From NCBI RefSeq assembly GCF_044324785.1, contig NZ_CP172127.1: DNA of 64,000 nucleotides. One strand, given 5' to 3'. The translations under genes were made by a program, and so were the position numbers. Origin of the DNA: Escherichia coli. GTDB lineage: Bacteria > Pseudomonadota > Gammaproteobacteria > Enterobacterales > Enterobacteriaceae. Position 1 is the stretch's first letter; each line of letters opens with the position of its first letter. Of the stretch, positions 22,005 through 37,782 are shown in pieces. The notes under the pieces are model-generated. The model was given only the letters and a program-made list of their open reading frames with translations. It made no database searches and was not told the DNA's origin.

Positions 22005-22625
22005 GTGCTAGACCGCCATCTTCATCCCCGAATTAAACCTTTGTTGCATCAGTGTGTGAAGGTGCTGGATAAACCCGGCATTACGCCAGATGGTTTAACA
22101 TTAGTGGGATTTGCCATCGGCGTGCTGGCACTGCCGTTTCTGGCGCTGGGCTGGTATCTGGCGGCGCTAATCGCCATTTTGTTGAACAGGCTGCTTGATG
22201 GTCTGGACGGTGCGCTGGCGCGGCGCAGAGGGCTTACCGACGCGGGCGGCTTTCTCGATATTTCTCTCGATTTTCTTTTTTACGCGCTGGTGCCTTTTGG
22301 GTTTATCCTCGCCGCACCGGAGCAAAACGCGCTGGCAGGCGGCTGGCTGCTGTTTGCGTTTATCGGCACGGGCAGCAGTTTTCTCGCCTTTGCTGCACTG
22401 GCAGCAAAACATCAGATTGATAACCCCGGTTATGCACATAAGTCGTTTTACTATCTGGGGGGATTAACCGAAGGCACAGAAACGATCTTACTGTTTGTGC
22501 TGGGATGTTTATTCCCTGCATGGTTTGCGTCGTTTGCGTGGATCTTCGGTGCGTTGTGCTGGATGACGACCTTTACGCGGGTGTGGAGTGGGTATCTGAC
22601 GCTGAAGTCGCTCCAGCGTCAGTAA
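22005..22625 (+). CDS. ynjF: CDP-alcohol phosphatidyltransferase-family membrane protein YnjF (206 aa, GTG start; alternative GTG at 21999)
   Basis: Track ORF 21999..22625; DG(x2)AR...G(x3)D-type motif (LDGLDGALARRRGLTDAGGFLDISLD) typical of CDP-alcohol phosphotransferases. Confidence 0.82.
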   Translation: MLDRHLHPRIKPLLHQCVKVLDKPGITPDGLTLVGFAIGVLALPFLALGWYLAALIAILLNRLLDGLDGALARRRGLTDAGGFLDISLDFLFYALVPFGFILAAPEQNALAGGWLLFAFIGTGSSFLAFAALAAKHQIDNPGYAHKSFYYLGGLTEGTETILLFVLGCLFPAWFASFAWIFGALCWMTTFTRVWSGYLTLKSLQRQ

Positions 22626-22633
22626 TTGCAATG

Positions 22634-23941
22634 TTATTTGCTGCTGTCCGGGCCGCGTTCACCGGTTGCTACCGGGTTTTTTGGATCGCTGCTCCACTCG
22701 TACCAGCCGCCGTCGTAAACGGAGACATTATTCCAGCCCATTGCTCGTGCGTACATAAAGGTTTCGGACGCGCGCCAGCCGGTGCCGCAGTAGAATGAAA
22801 CTTGCTGATCTGGCTTGATATTCCATGCTTTCCACATAGCGGTAATATCATCGGCGCTACGCATGGTGCCATCCGGGTTATGGAAATCTTCCATATGCGT
22901 CGAGTCGCTACCAGCGTGTCCCCAACGTGCTCCGGCTATTTCACCTTTTGGTTTAATATAGCTGTAACCGCTGGTCGTACCGATAAATTCTGGCCACGAA
23001 CGAATGCTCACCAGCGATGCATCCTGGCGATGCAGCAGTCCACGCGCCTGTTCCATATCAAGCATCAGTTGCGGTTGTGCCGGGATCTTCACGCCGAAAT
23101 CCGGTTCCGCTTTCACTTTCGGTGGCGTTCCGCGCTCAACGGGCAGACCCGCGTCGGACCAGGTTTGCCAGCCGCCGTCCAGCAGGCGCACATCTTTCAC
23201 GCCAGCGTAGAGCATAATTTGTGCCACACGCGCTGCAGCGTATACGTCACGCCCGTACAGAATGACCGTGGTGTCATGGCGAATGCCGTGTTTTGCCAGC
23301 ATCGCTTTTAGTTGTTCATCAGAAACTTTGTTCCACAGCGGTTCGCTTTCCACTTCGTTGGTATCGATGTAGTCAGCGCCGGGAATATGGCTGATAAGGT
23401 AAAGCTTAGGAGCGCCCCAGGCCGCTTCAATGACTTTCCAGTCACCGGCAGGTTTCGCCGTAACCTCTTTACCTTGTTGCAGGTCATGCAGCCATTGCGG
23501 ATAAACCAGCTGCTCAAAGTGCGGCAGTTTTTGCAGACGGGAAGGTTCGCTTAGCGCGTCACTCAGAATGGAGATATGCGTAAAACCTGCTTTTTGCAGT
23601 CGCGTTTTGACGGCGTCGACATCTTTGTCATTACCGTACAGCGCCACCGGAGCATCGGCTTTCAGGTTATGTTGCTTGATCCACGCGTTAAGCTGTTCGG
23701 TGCTCATTTTGTCGAGCCAGCTAGCAGAGAGGTTTAAGGCGGCAGGTTCATGACCAGAAGGGCCATTTAAGGTTTGTGGCCAGCCGTTATAAAACGCGCT
23801 GGGGCGAGTATCTATCGCTTTGCCATTTTGTTGTTGAAGCTGGTCAAGTGTAAGAGGCTTCGCCAGTTCAGCGGCCCACGAAGAAGCGCAAGCCAGCCCT
23901 AAAGCCATTGCCAGCGCGGTCATTTGAGAAACACGTTTCAT
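22634..23941 (-). CDS. ynjE: Periplasmic three-domain rhodanese / thiosulfate sulfurtransferase YnjE (435 aa)
   Basis: Track ORF 22634..23956; start at MKRVSQMTALAMALGLACASSWAA (signal peptide); active-site CGTGWR rhodanese loop. Confidence 0.88.
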   Translation of the reverse strand: MKRVSQMTALAMALGLACASSWAAELAKPLTLDQLQQQNGKAIDTRPSAFYNGWPQTLNGPSGHEPAALNLSASWLDKMSTEQLNAWIKQHNLKADAPVALYGNDKDVDAVKTRLQKAGFTHISILSDALSEPSRLQKLPHFEQLVYPQWLHDLQQGKEVTAKPAGDWKVIEAAWGAPKLYLISHIPGADYIDTNEVESEPLWNKVSDEQLKAMLAKHGIRHDTTVILYGRDVYAAARVAQIMLYAGVKDVRLLDGGWQTWSDAGLPVERGTPPKVKAEPDFGVKIPAQPQLMLDMEQARGLLHRQDASLVSIRSWPEFIGTTSGYSYIKPKGEIAGARWGHAGSDSTHMEDFHNPDGTMRSADDITAMWKAWNIKPDQQVSFYCGTGWRASETFMYARAMGWNNVSVYDGGWYEWSSDPKNPVATGERGPDSSK

Positions 23942-24007
23942 CGAAAATCCCGACATTGTAGTTTTGAGTGCGCCATTCTGAACTGACGCATTGAGAAAAA
24001 CTTTGCG

Positions 24008-24661
24008 TTATCGCAGTTTGTTGTAATTTTCTGACCACTGCGCCATATCCAGAACAGAACTATCAGCAGGAACATCCTGGAGATCGTGCGTTACCTGAAC
24101 GACGGGGATCGCCAGGGCGCGAACTTCGCTAAATACCCACTGGCGAAAATTATCGCGCAGAGCTACATCAAGACGGCTGAATGGCTCATCCAGTAGCAAC
24201 GCTTTTGGCTGAGCGAGAAGAGCGCGAAGCAGAGCAACGCGCGCTCGCTGACCACCGGACAGAGTAGCAGGATCCTGATGGAACATACCGCCAAGCCCCG
24301 CACGCTCCAGCGCATCATTTACCGCATCGCGCCTTGCAATACCTTTGAGTGCCGCTGGCAGAGCCAGCAGTAAATTTTGCCCGACGCTGAACTGGTCAAA
24401 TAACAGTGCATCCTGGAAAAGAATGCCAATCTGACGCTCTGCGGTGGGTAGCATGTCAATCCGTTGCTCATTGAGCCATAGCTCACCTGTACAAGAAAAC
24501 TGTCCGGCCAGCGCACCAATCATCCATGAAAACAGAGTGGATTTTCCACAGCCAGACGGCCCCATTAACGTGACAATGTCACATTTATCCACCGTAAAGT
24601 TAACGTTTGTCAGCAAGCAGCTTTCTGGTAAACGTAGCGAAACATTTTTCACGCAGAGCAT
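24008..24661 (-). CDS. ynjD: ABC transporter ATP-binding subunit YnjD (217 aa)
   Basis: Track ORF 24008..24748; start MLCVKNVSL; Walker A GPSGCGKST, signature LSGGQRARV, Walker B LLLDEP; start codon overlaps the ynjC stop by 1 nt. Confidence 0.88.
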   Translation of the reverse strand: MLCVKNVSLRLPESCLLTNVNFTVDKCDIVTLMGPSGCGKSTLFSWMIGALAGQFSCTGELWLNEQRIDMLPTAERQIGILFQDALLFDQFSVGQNLLLALPAALKGIARRDAVNDALERAGLGGMFHQDPATLSGGQRARVALLRALLAQPKALLLDEPFSRLDVALRDNFRQWVFSEVRALAIPVVQVTHDLQDVPADSSVLDMAQWSENYNKLR

Positions 24662-26196
24662 TAGCGGAGTCCTTGTCTGACATAACCTACCCATTTTGCG
24701 ACTAACGCGGTCAGGGCAAAAATAATAAGCGGTAATAGCAGTTGCCATAAAGCCTGGGCGGCGAGAATACCGTTGCTGCCGCCGCTGCTTAATGCCACCG
24801 CTTCAGTGGTGAGCGTCGGAAAACGCCCCGCGCCCAGCCACAGCGTCGGCATATACTGTGCAATACTGACTGAAAATCCCACCGCGAAGGCAATCAGCGT
24901 AGGGCGTAGCATAAGCGGACATTTCACGTAAAAGAAGATTTTGGACTGCGACCAGCCCAGTGTTTGCGCAATCAAAATTAACCGTGAATCAATGCGCTGC
25001 CAGGCGGGTTGCAGGATAAACAGCATCCACGGCATTACCCACAGCAGATGCCCCCAGACCACCGCCGTCCAGCTTCCATCCAGGTTTAGCCATAGAGCCA
25101 GCGTGTACTGGCCCGCCACCAGTGGCAGAGCGGGTAATAAAATGGGCAACCATAGCCACAACTGGCGACGCTGTGGCCCCCATTCCAGCCACAGCAGTAA
25201 CAGGAGCAAAGCGATGAATGTCGCCACCAGCCCCATTGTCAGGCTGTTGATGAGCGCTTCACTATTGATCGTCGACTGATCCGCGAGGATCGCCAGCAGA
25301 ACCACACACAGCACACCGGTCAAGGGTAAAAAACTCGCCAGCGTATTGCCTGGCAATAAAGACGTGGCAGGCTTACGAACGCCATCTACGCGGGGAATAT
25401 TACGCCGCCAGCCACGCCATAGCAGATAGCCCAGCAAAACGTAGGCGGCGAGTAACAGCATCAGCAGCAGGCTGGCGAGTGCGCCTTTCGCTTGTTGATC
25501 GGCGTCGCCCTGAGTTAACCACTGCCAGCTAATTACTGCCAGCGTCGGTGGATTACCTGGCCCAAGAATAATCGCCACATCCACGACCGACAGCGACCAG
25601 GCAACAATCGCCAGCATCGCCATTGCTAATGCAGGCGCGACGGAGGGCAACAGCAGCCAGTTCAGGCATTGCCAGCGGCTGTAGCCCAGCGAATCCAGCA
25701 CAATGACCTGCTGCAATAGCCGTTTTTCGCTCAATACTGCCGCTAAGATCCACAGCAGAAATGCGCTTTCTTTCACCGCCAGGGTGAGGCCCAGCCCAAT
25801 ACCCAATTTATCCATTGGCGGAGTGAAATATGGGAAATAGTCATAAAGCAGCCCTCCGTCAGCAAAGAGCAGAAGGGTGCTGGTGGCAAAAGCCACATGG
25901 GGAATGGCGAGCAGCCACGGCAGACGGGCGCACATACGCTGCCATTTCGGCCCAGGCCACAGCGCCACAATCACCAGCAGGGCAATCAACAACGCCCCGA
26001 CCGCCGCGATGGTTGTCGACACCAGCGTTGCCAGTAATGCCTGCGGTAACTGTGGATCGGCAAATAACGTCTGCCAGTGTGTCAACGACAAAGCAGGCGA
26101 TATCAGCGTGAGAGCTGCCGGGATCAGCGGTGCATAAATCACCGCCACCATCGCCCACAGCAAAAAGATTAATGCGTACCGTAACGGTGTAGCCAT
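24661..26196 (-). CDS. ynjC: ABC transporter permease (double TMD, thiamine/iron-type importer family) YnjC (511 aa)
   Basis: Track ORF 24661..26220; start at MATPLRYALIFLLWAM; two repeated six-span permease halves. Confidence 0.85.
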   Translation of the reverse strand: MATPLRYALIFLLWAMVAVIYAPLIPAALTLISPALSLTHWQTLFADPQLPQALLATLVSTTIAAVGALLIALLVIVALWPGPKWQRMCARLPWLLAIPHVAFATSTLLLFADGGLLYDYFPYFTPPMDKLGIGLGLTLAVKESAFLLWILAAVLSEKRLLQQVIVLDSLGYSRWQCLNWLLLPSVAPALAMAMLAIVAWSLSVVDVAIILGPGNPPTLAVISWQWLTQGDADQQAKGALASLLLMLLLAAYVLLGYLLWRGWRRNIPRVDGVRKPATSLLPGNTLASFLPLTGVLCVVLLAILADQSTINSEALINSLTMGLVATFIALLLLLLWLEWGPQRRQLWLWLPILLPALPLVAGQYTLALWLNLDGSWTAVVWGHLLWVMPWMLFILQPAWQRIDSRLILIAQTLGWSQSKIFFYVKCPLMLRPTLIAFAVGFSVSIAQYMPTLWLGAGRFPTLTTEAVALSSGGSNGILAAQALWQLLLPLIIFALTALVAKWVGYVRQGLR

Positions 26197-27335
26197 TCTT
26201 GTTCCAGCGCATTTACCCAACCTGCGTGCGGTTCAGCCAGTACCGGCGGCAGATCTTGCGGCATTCTTGATTGCAATGTTTCGCGCTGCCCATCAGGCAG
26301 TTTTTGCGGATCGAGAACAGAAGGATCGCCCCAGACAGCGGGATCTGCTTTACGCAATTGCGCATCGGGTGAGAGCAAGAAATTGGCAACTACCTTCGCC
26401 GCAGCACTGGCATTCGCGTTGGCAGGAATGGTGACGAAATGCACGTTGCCAATCATCCCCTCGCGAAAGCCAAAACTGTAACTGCTTGCAGGCAAATCGC
26501 CGCTGGCGATTTTTTGCTGCGCATGCGCGGGGTTAAAGGTCAGCGACAGGCGCAATGTGCCGGCTTTCAGCAGAGCATCCATCCGCGCGGGCGAAGGCGG
26601 GAAATCCTTTCCTTCGCGCCATAAATACGGATGCAGCGTATCAAGATATTGCCACAAGGGCGCAGTGACACGGGCGAAAGTCGCATCGTCCGGCGCTTCT
26701 TTTAATGCTGTGGGATCTGGCGTTAGCATAATCAGCAACTGTTCAAGAAACGCCGTGCCGGTAAAGTCCGGTGGGCGCGGATAGGTAACCGTGCCGGGAT
26801 TGGCTTTAGCAAACTCCAGTAAGGCTTGCGGCGTTTGTGGTGGCTGTGGCGTAACATCGCGGCGGGCGATAAATGTCAGTTGTGCGCCACCCCAGGGCGA
26901 TTCAGCCCCTTCTGTAGGCACTGAAAAATCTTCCCGCACCGGCAGCTGTGTGTCGACATAGCGCCAGTTGGGCAGAGTCTCCGCCCAGCCCGTTTGTAAT
27001 AAATTGGCCTCTTTTAAGGTGCGGAAGTTTTCGCCGTTCACCCAGAGCAGATCCACCGAGCCGCCCGTTTTACGTCCGGCAGCAGCTTCGGTCTGAATGC
27101 GCTTCACCGCGTCTGCGGCATCCGCGAGACGAACAATCTTCAGGTTTATAGCGTAATGGGTTTTCATCTCGCCGCTAACCCAGTCGAGATAGCGGTTAAT
27201 TGCGGTATCGCCGCCCCAGGCGTTAAACCATACGGTTTGTCCTTTGGCCTCATTTTTTATTTCCTGCCAGTCACTGGCATGTGTTGCCAAAGAAAACAGC
27301 GATAACAATCCCAGCAACCACCCACAATGGCGCAT
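26169..27335 (-). CDS. ynjB: ABC transporter periplasmic substrate-binding protein YnjB (388 aa)
   Basis: Track ORF 26169..27338; signal peptide MRHCGWLLGLLSLFSLATHA; 3' end overlaps the ynjC start. Confidence 0.85.
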   Translation of the reverse strand: MRHCGWLLGLLSLFSLATHASDWQEIKNEAKGQTVWFNAWGGDTAINRYLDWVSGEMKTHYAINLKIVRLADAADAVKRIQTEAAAGRKTGGSVDLLWVNGENFRTLKEANLLQTGWAETLPNWRYVDTQLPVREDFSVPTEGAESPWGGAQLTFIARRDVTPQPPQTPQALLEFAKANPGTVTYPRPPDFTGTAFLEQLLIMLTPDPTALKEAPDDATFARVTAPLWQYLDTLHPYLWREGKDFPPSPARMDALLKAGTLRLSLTFNPAHAQQKIASGDLPASSYSFGFREGMIGNVHFVTIPANANASAAAKVVANFLLSPDAQLRKADPAVWGDPSVLDPQKLPDGQRETLQSRMPQDLPPVLAEPHAGWVNALEQEWLHRYGTH

Positions 27336-27344
27336 CATCTCTCC

Positions 27345-27893
27345 TTAAGAACGTTTTTCAGGAATACGGCACAGCCCCTGAGCGGGAATGTCCATGGCAG
27401 AATTAAAACGAGCCGACAGGTTTTGCAGGCCGATCAATGCCGTCAGTTCGGTGAGCGCCTGGGCGTCAAAATGCGCAGCCAGTCGGGTACGCAGGGCATC
27501 ATCGACCGTTGGCGGCGTTACGCTTGCGGCTTCGGCGTACTCCAGCGCCAGCCGTTCTTCATCGCTAAAGAGCGGGCTTTGCCGCCAGTCAGCCACTGCC
27601 AGCAGTTTATCGGTGCTGCCAGTGCGCTCGGCGACTTTCATACTGGTGATATCCACGCAAAACTCACACAGACACATTTGCGCAATGCGCGCGCTGACAA
27701 GCGATCGCACTACCGGATCCAGCGGTGAGCGTTTGCGCTCCAGCCAGCCGACAAACATCGACACCAGATAAAAGATAAACGGGATCCGCCCCCACCAGCG
27801 AATCGGGCTTAGCACCTCGCCGTAATGGCGACGATGCAGCCACGCCTGCGGACGTAAAATGAAAGGAATTTTGCTAAGCGGCGGTAAACCCAT
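27345..27893 (-). CDS. ynjA: AhpD-like / carboxymuconolactone-decarboxylase-family protein YnjA (182 aa)
   Basis: Track ORF; CxxC-containing (CEFCVD) AhpD-like core. Confidence 0.82.
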   Translation of the reverse strand: MGLPPLSKIPFILRPQAWLHRRHYGEVLSPIRWWGRIPFIFYLVSMFVGWLERKRSPLDPVVRSLVSARIAQMCLCEFCVDITSMKVAERTGSTDKLLAVADWRQSPLFSDEERLALEYAEAASVTPPTVDDALRTRLAAHFDAQALTELTALIGLQNLSARFNSAMDIPAQGLCRIPEKRS

Positions 27894-28600
27894 CAGGCAT
27901 TCCTCTTCTGGCGCTCAAGCCATATTTTCTTCGCCATAAAAATCACCACGGTCAGGGCAAACAGAATAAACAGTCCGGTGACAAACCAGAAAGTACCGCC
28001 TGTTAACATGCTGCCCGCCCAGGAATAAACAATAGTCGCCGGTAACTGACCAAGCCCGGTGGCGATAAAAAACGAGCGAAAACGTATTGAAGTCAAACCG
28101 GCAGCATAGCTGATTGGATCGAAAGGGACAAAAGGCAATAACCGACATACCAGGATGGTGTGTTTGCCGTAGCGAGTGAAAAAGCCGTCCATACTCTCAA
28201 GCACGGTCTTGCCGGTTAATTTTTCCACCACTTCGCGGCCCATCACTCTGGCGATAAAAAAGCACAGCGCCGCGCCGGCCATCGAACTGGTCCACGACAG
28301 CAAGCCACCCCAGAACGCGCCAAACAGCGACGCATTGGCAAAGGTGATCAAAAACGCAGGTAGCGGTGCAGCAATGGCCTGTAAAATCATCAACAAGAAC
28401 GATACAACTGCCGCTAGTGCGCCGTAAGACTGAATAAAGCGTTCTATACCCTGTTGGTCCACGGCGGCAAACGCCGTAACGCTGCGATTGATAAACTCAT
28501 GGACGCCGGGAAGCAGCGCCCATGCCAGCAGCATAGCGAACAACAGGATGATGAGGGTTATACGGTAGTACCAGATTTTTCGCGATTGCATCTTCATCAT
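27893..28600 (-). CDS. ydjZ: DedA/TVP38-family inner membrane protein YdjZ (235 aa)
   Basis: Track ORF; DedA-type re-entrant helices; stop overlaps the ynjA start. Confidence 0.85.
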   Translation of the reverse strand: MMKMQSRKIWYYRITLIILLFAMLLAWALLPGVHEFINRSVTAFAAVDQQGIERFIQSYGALAAVVSFLLMILQAIAAPLPAFLITFANASLFGAFWGGLLSWTSSMAGAALCFFIARVMGREVVEKLTGKTVLESMDGFFTRYGKHTILVCRLLPFVPFDPISYAAGLTSIRFRSFFIATGLGQLPATIVYSWAGSMLTGGTFWFVTGLFILFALTVVIFMAKKIWLERQKRNA

Positions 28601-28614
28601 CCTTTATCCTGGCT

Positions 28615-29292
28615 TTATTCGGTGATTTTAAAGGTAACCGTTGCCAGCGTGTTATCCGCCGGGAGAACCGAGGCATTGCCTTTGAATTTCACTTCGCCGC
28701 GTTTTTCCACCGCACCATAAGTGTATGTTGCATTGCTGACGATGCCGACCGGGCAGCTATCCAGACACACCAGGCAACCCGTTTTCTTCTCTTCTGCTGC
28801 CGTTAAATTACCGCCAAAGCGCATGTCCAGTTTCTTGCCATTACTGTCAACAATCACTTCATCGAAGGAATACGCTTTTGCCGCCCCTTGCCAGTTGACC
28901 GAAATATCCAGTTTGCTGCCTGTGACATGAGTCGTTTCTTTATTATCCATCGTCATGTTTTCGCCCGGCGTACCACCTGCCTCTTTCAGGGCTTCATAAA
29001 ATGCTTTCGGGGTCGCATAACCCATAAACAGCGATTTATGTCCGTTGGAGCCATCTTTAAACACAATACCGTGACGAGTGTCGTCGGTGAGGAAACGACC
29101 ATTAATTTGCACCAGCATGGTTACCGTATGGTTATTAGCATCGACACGCAGCGGTTGGCTGTTCGAAAGTCCGTCGTATTCCACTTTTGCCGCCGCATTC
29201 TCTTGTTGATCGCAGCCGCTAAGCCCAGCAACAGCCAGTAAACAGAGTGCAGCCAGTCCTTTTTTCCATGACACTGAATAATGTTGCAACAT
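28615..29292 (-). CDS. ydjY: Putative lipoprotein YdjY (225 aa)
   Basis: Track ORF 28615..29454; start at MLQHYSVSWKKGLAALCLLAVAGLSGC (lipobox LSGC). Confidence 0.8.
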   Translation of the reverse strand: MLQHYSVSWKKGLAALCLLAVAGLSGCDQQENAAAKVEYDGLSNSQPLRVDANNHTVTMLVQINGRFLTDDTRHGIVFKDGSNGHKSLFMGYATPKAFYEALKEAGGTPGENMTMDNKETTHVTGSKLDISVNWQGAAKAYSFDEVIVDSNGKKLDMRFGGNLTAAEEKKTGCLVCLDSCPVGIVSNATYTYGAVEKRGEVKFKGNASVLPADNTLATVTFKITE

Positions 29293-29296
29293 CGTT

Positions 29297-30007
29297 CTAT
29301 CCTTCATTTTTTGGGTGAGAAAGTGGGCTGCGGCGAGAAGCAGACAGATCCACATGTTTGTGTCGGGCGTAGAGTTTTGCGAGCTGGACGAGAATAAACA
29401 GCGCCAGGCCCGCCAGACAGAGTTGTAAAATAAAGCGCAGCGTAATGCCTTCATTGGCGAGATCGCTTGCCATCACGGTATAAATAACAATACCGGGCAG
29501 GGTCGTGAGTGCCGAAATAAGGGTATAAGGCCAGAAGGCGATTGTGGTTAATCCGTAAGCGTAATTTTGAATATTGTAAGGAAACAACGGGATTAAGCGG
29601 GTCAGAATAAGAAAATCAATACCGTTACGCGCAATGCCTTTTTCAATGGCCTGAAAGGTATGGCTATGGCCAACGTATTTCAGCAGTAAATCACGTCCCA
29701 GCCAGCGCGCCAGCAGGAATGAGCACGAGGAGGCCAGCGTGGCGGCAATTAATGATAGTAGTGTCCCTAAGAGCGGGCCAAAAACTATTCCTCCAGCGAT
29801 CACCAGTATGCTTCCTGGTAACAGAAAGAGGGTGGCAATGATGAATAACAGAATATAGAGGCTATAACCGAACAATCCGCTCTGGCGAATGAGTGTCAGT
29901 AAGTGAGGTAAATCGGTGAGCAGCTCGAATAAACCGAAAGCGTGGAAAGCGTAAATGACCAGCGCAAAAATAAGACAGGCAAACAGAAATTTACGCTCAG
30001 CGTTCAT
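29297..30007 (-). CDS. ydjX: DedA/TVP38-family inner membrane protein YdjX (236 aa)
   Basis: Track ORF 29297..30055; start at MNAERKFLFACLIFALVIY. Confidence 0.85.
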   Translation of the reverse strand: MNAERKFLFACLIFALVIYAFHAFGLFELLTDLPHLLTLIRQSGLFGYSLYILLFIIATLFLLPGSILVIAGGIVFGPLLGTLLSLIAATLASSCSFLLARWLGRDLLLKYVGHSHTFQAIEKGIARNGIDFLILTRLIPLFPYNIQNYAYGLTTIAFWPYTLISALTTLPGIVIYTVMASDLANEGITLRFILQLCLAGLALFILVQLAKLYARHKHVDLSASRRSPLSHPKNEG

Positions 30008-30173
30008 TGTGGAGTTTCCTATATCAAACTTGATAATAGAGAAGTGGTCAGACAACTAAAAACGCAGTGACGGTATAACAAAGGGCGGCAGGCAACAAAT
30101 CATTACTGACAGTTTGTTGATTTTTCTCAAGGTTAATTCTCCTGACCCAGTTTGAGCCAGGAGAACAGCTAAA

Positions 30174-30980
30174 TTAGCGGCGGAAGGTCGCCCAGACGGG
30201 GGCGTGATCGGACGGTTTTTCCATGCTGCGGATTTCATAGTCGATGCCGGTTTCTACGCAACATTCTGCCAGCGGTTGGCTGGCGAGAAGCAGGTCGATA
30301 CGCAGACCGCGGTTATCGTCAAAACCTTTTGAGCGGTAATCAAACCATGAGAAACGATCGGCTGTTTGCGGATTCGCATGGCGGAAGGTATCGACCAACC
30401 CCCAGCTCATCAGTCTCTCCATCCATTCGCGTTCTTCAGGAAGGAAAGAGCATTTTCCGGTACGCAGCCAGCGCTTACGGTTCTCTTCGCCAATGCCAAT
30501 ATCCAGGTCGCCAGGACTGATATTCATATCGCCCATAATCAGCACCGGATTTTCACGCTTGAGTTCGGTTTCCAGGTAGTTTTGCAGATTCTGATAAAAC
30601 TGCGCCTTTGCCGGGAATTTTATCGGATGGTCGCGGCTTTCACCCTGCGGGAAGTAACCGTTGATCACGGTAACATTGCCCAGCGTCGAGGGGATTTCAG
30701 CCATAATAATTCGCCGTTGCGCCTCTTCGTCATCACCCGGAAAACCGCGACGCACGGCAATCGGCGTCTCTTTGGTCAGCAGCGCCACGCCATAATGGCC
30801 TTTCTGCCCGTGATAAAACACGTTGTAGCCGAGCTTCGCCACCTCTTCGAGCGGAAACATATCGTCATGAACTTTTGTCTCCTGCAGGCCAATCACATCC
30901 GGTTGGTGCTTTTCGACGATGGCTTCAAGCTGGTGAGGTCTGGCGCGCAGGCCGTTGATATTAAAAGAGACAAATTTCAT
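30174..30980 (-). CDS. xthA: Exodeoxyribonuclease III (AP endonuclease VI) XthA (268 aa)
   Basis: Track ORF 30174..30992; start [36 protein letters not shown]. Confidence 0.95.
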   Translation of the reverse strand: MKFVSFNINGLRARPHQLEAIVEKHQPDVIGLQETKVHDDMFPLEEVAKLGYNVFYHGQKGHYGVALLTKETPIAVRRGFPGDDEEAQRRIIMAEIPSTLGNVTVINGYFPQGESRDHPIKFPAKAQFYQNLQNYLETELKRENPVLIMGDMNISPGDLDIGIGEENRKRWLRTGKCSFLPEEREWMERLMSWGLVDTFRHANPQTADRFSWFDYRSKGFDDNRGLRIDLLLASQPLAECCVETGIDYEIRSMEKPSDHAPVWATFRR

Positions 30981-31337
30981 AGTCGCTGCCATTTATTCAG
31001 ATAAAGAGTGCGTGGATGGTAGCAGAATTTCGCTTTGCGTACCGCCTGTTGTTAAGTGATTTGATCGATGGTTGTTAATGATGTCAACGATGGCGCAAAA
31101 AATGCCCGCTTTTGGTGCGCGCTGCGTCAGAATGGCGCAGTAATTTCCAGTAAATTTCGTCAATGATCACAATTCCAGAATTATATTTTACTTCTGCATA
31201 ACATTACGTTTTTTATTCTTTTTATTCACCCACATCGCAAACGTATTCACTTTATATGCACTTTAAATGCATATGGTTTGGTTATAACTCCTTGATTTCC
31301 AGTTAGCCTCCGCCGTTTATGCACTTTTATCACTGGC

Positions 31338-31353
31338 TGGCACGAACCCTGCA
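31338..31353 (+). promoter_or_regulatory. Sigma-54 (-24/-12) promoter element of astCADBE: TGGCAC-N5-CTGCA
   Basis: TGGCACGAACCCTGCA read at 31338-31353 with correct GG/GC spacing, ~70 bp upstream of astC ATG; ast operon is known to be NtrC/sigma-54, sigma-S and ArgR controlled. Confidence 0.7.
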
Positions 31354-31389
31354 ATCTACATTTACAGCGCAAACATTACTTATTATTAA

Positions 31390-37453
<6,064 letters not shown>

Positions 37454-37458
37454 TACTT

Positions 37459-37490
37459 ACCCGCAGAAATCATTCTGCGGGTATTAAGTT
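37459..37490 (+). terminator. Intrinsic terminator after astE (stem ACCCGCAGAA / TTCTGCGGGT, 4-nt loop, T-rich tail)
   Basis: 10-bp perfect stem read from sequence immediately after the astE stop. Confidence 0.7.
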
Positions 37491-37626
37491 ACTTTCTTAT
37501 AAATTAATACAGATTAATCCTGGTTATTTGCTTTATTTATCACCAGTCATCCGGTATAGTTCTTCATAATCTCTGCAAAATCATCGTGTTGTAATATTCT
37601 CTCATTACTCTCCATCAAATTTTCTT

Positions 37627-37644
37627 TTTTTCTCCATAATTGGC
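37627..37644 (+). promoter_or_regulatory. BaeR box in the spy promoter (TTTTTCTCCATAATTGGC)
   Basis: Exact match to the BaeR consensus TTTTTCTCCATDATTGGC as I recall it, ~140 bp upstream of spy ATG; spy is a known BaeSR/CpxAR target. Confidence 0.7.
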
Positions 37645-37782
37645 GCAAAAGTGTTTTTTACACTTTCATTGTTTTACCGTTGCTCTGATTAATTGACGCT
37701 AAAGTCAGTAAAGTTAATCTCGTCAACACGGCACGCTACTTAAGAAAGCCGTAATAAATAACTGAAAGGAAGGATATAGAAT

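Noticed and set aside
37660-37700. Possible CpxR site (GTAAA-N5-GTAAA) in the spy promoter, on the opposite strand as TTTAC ... TTTAC
   Set aside because: The two TTTAC pentamers are separated by 11 nt rather than 5, so the match to the CpxR consensus is poor; CpxR control of spy is established but I cannot place the site confidently from sequence alone.
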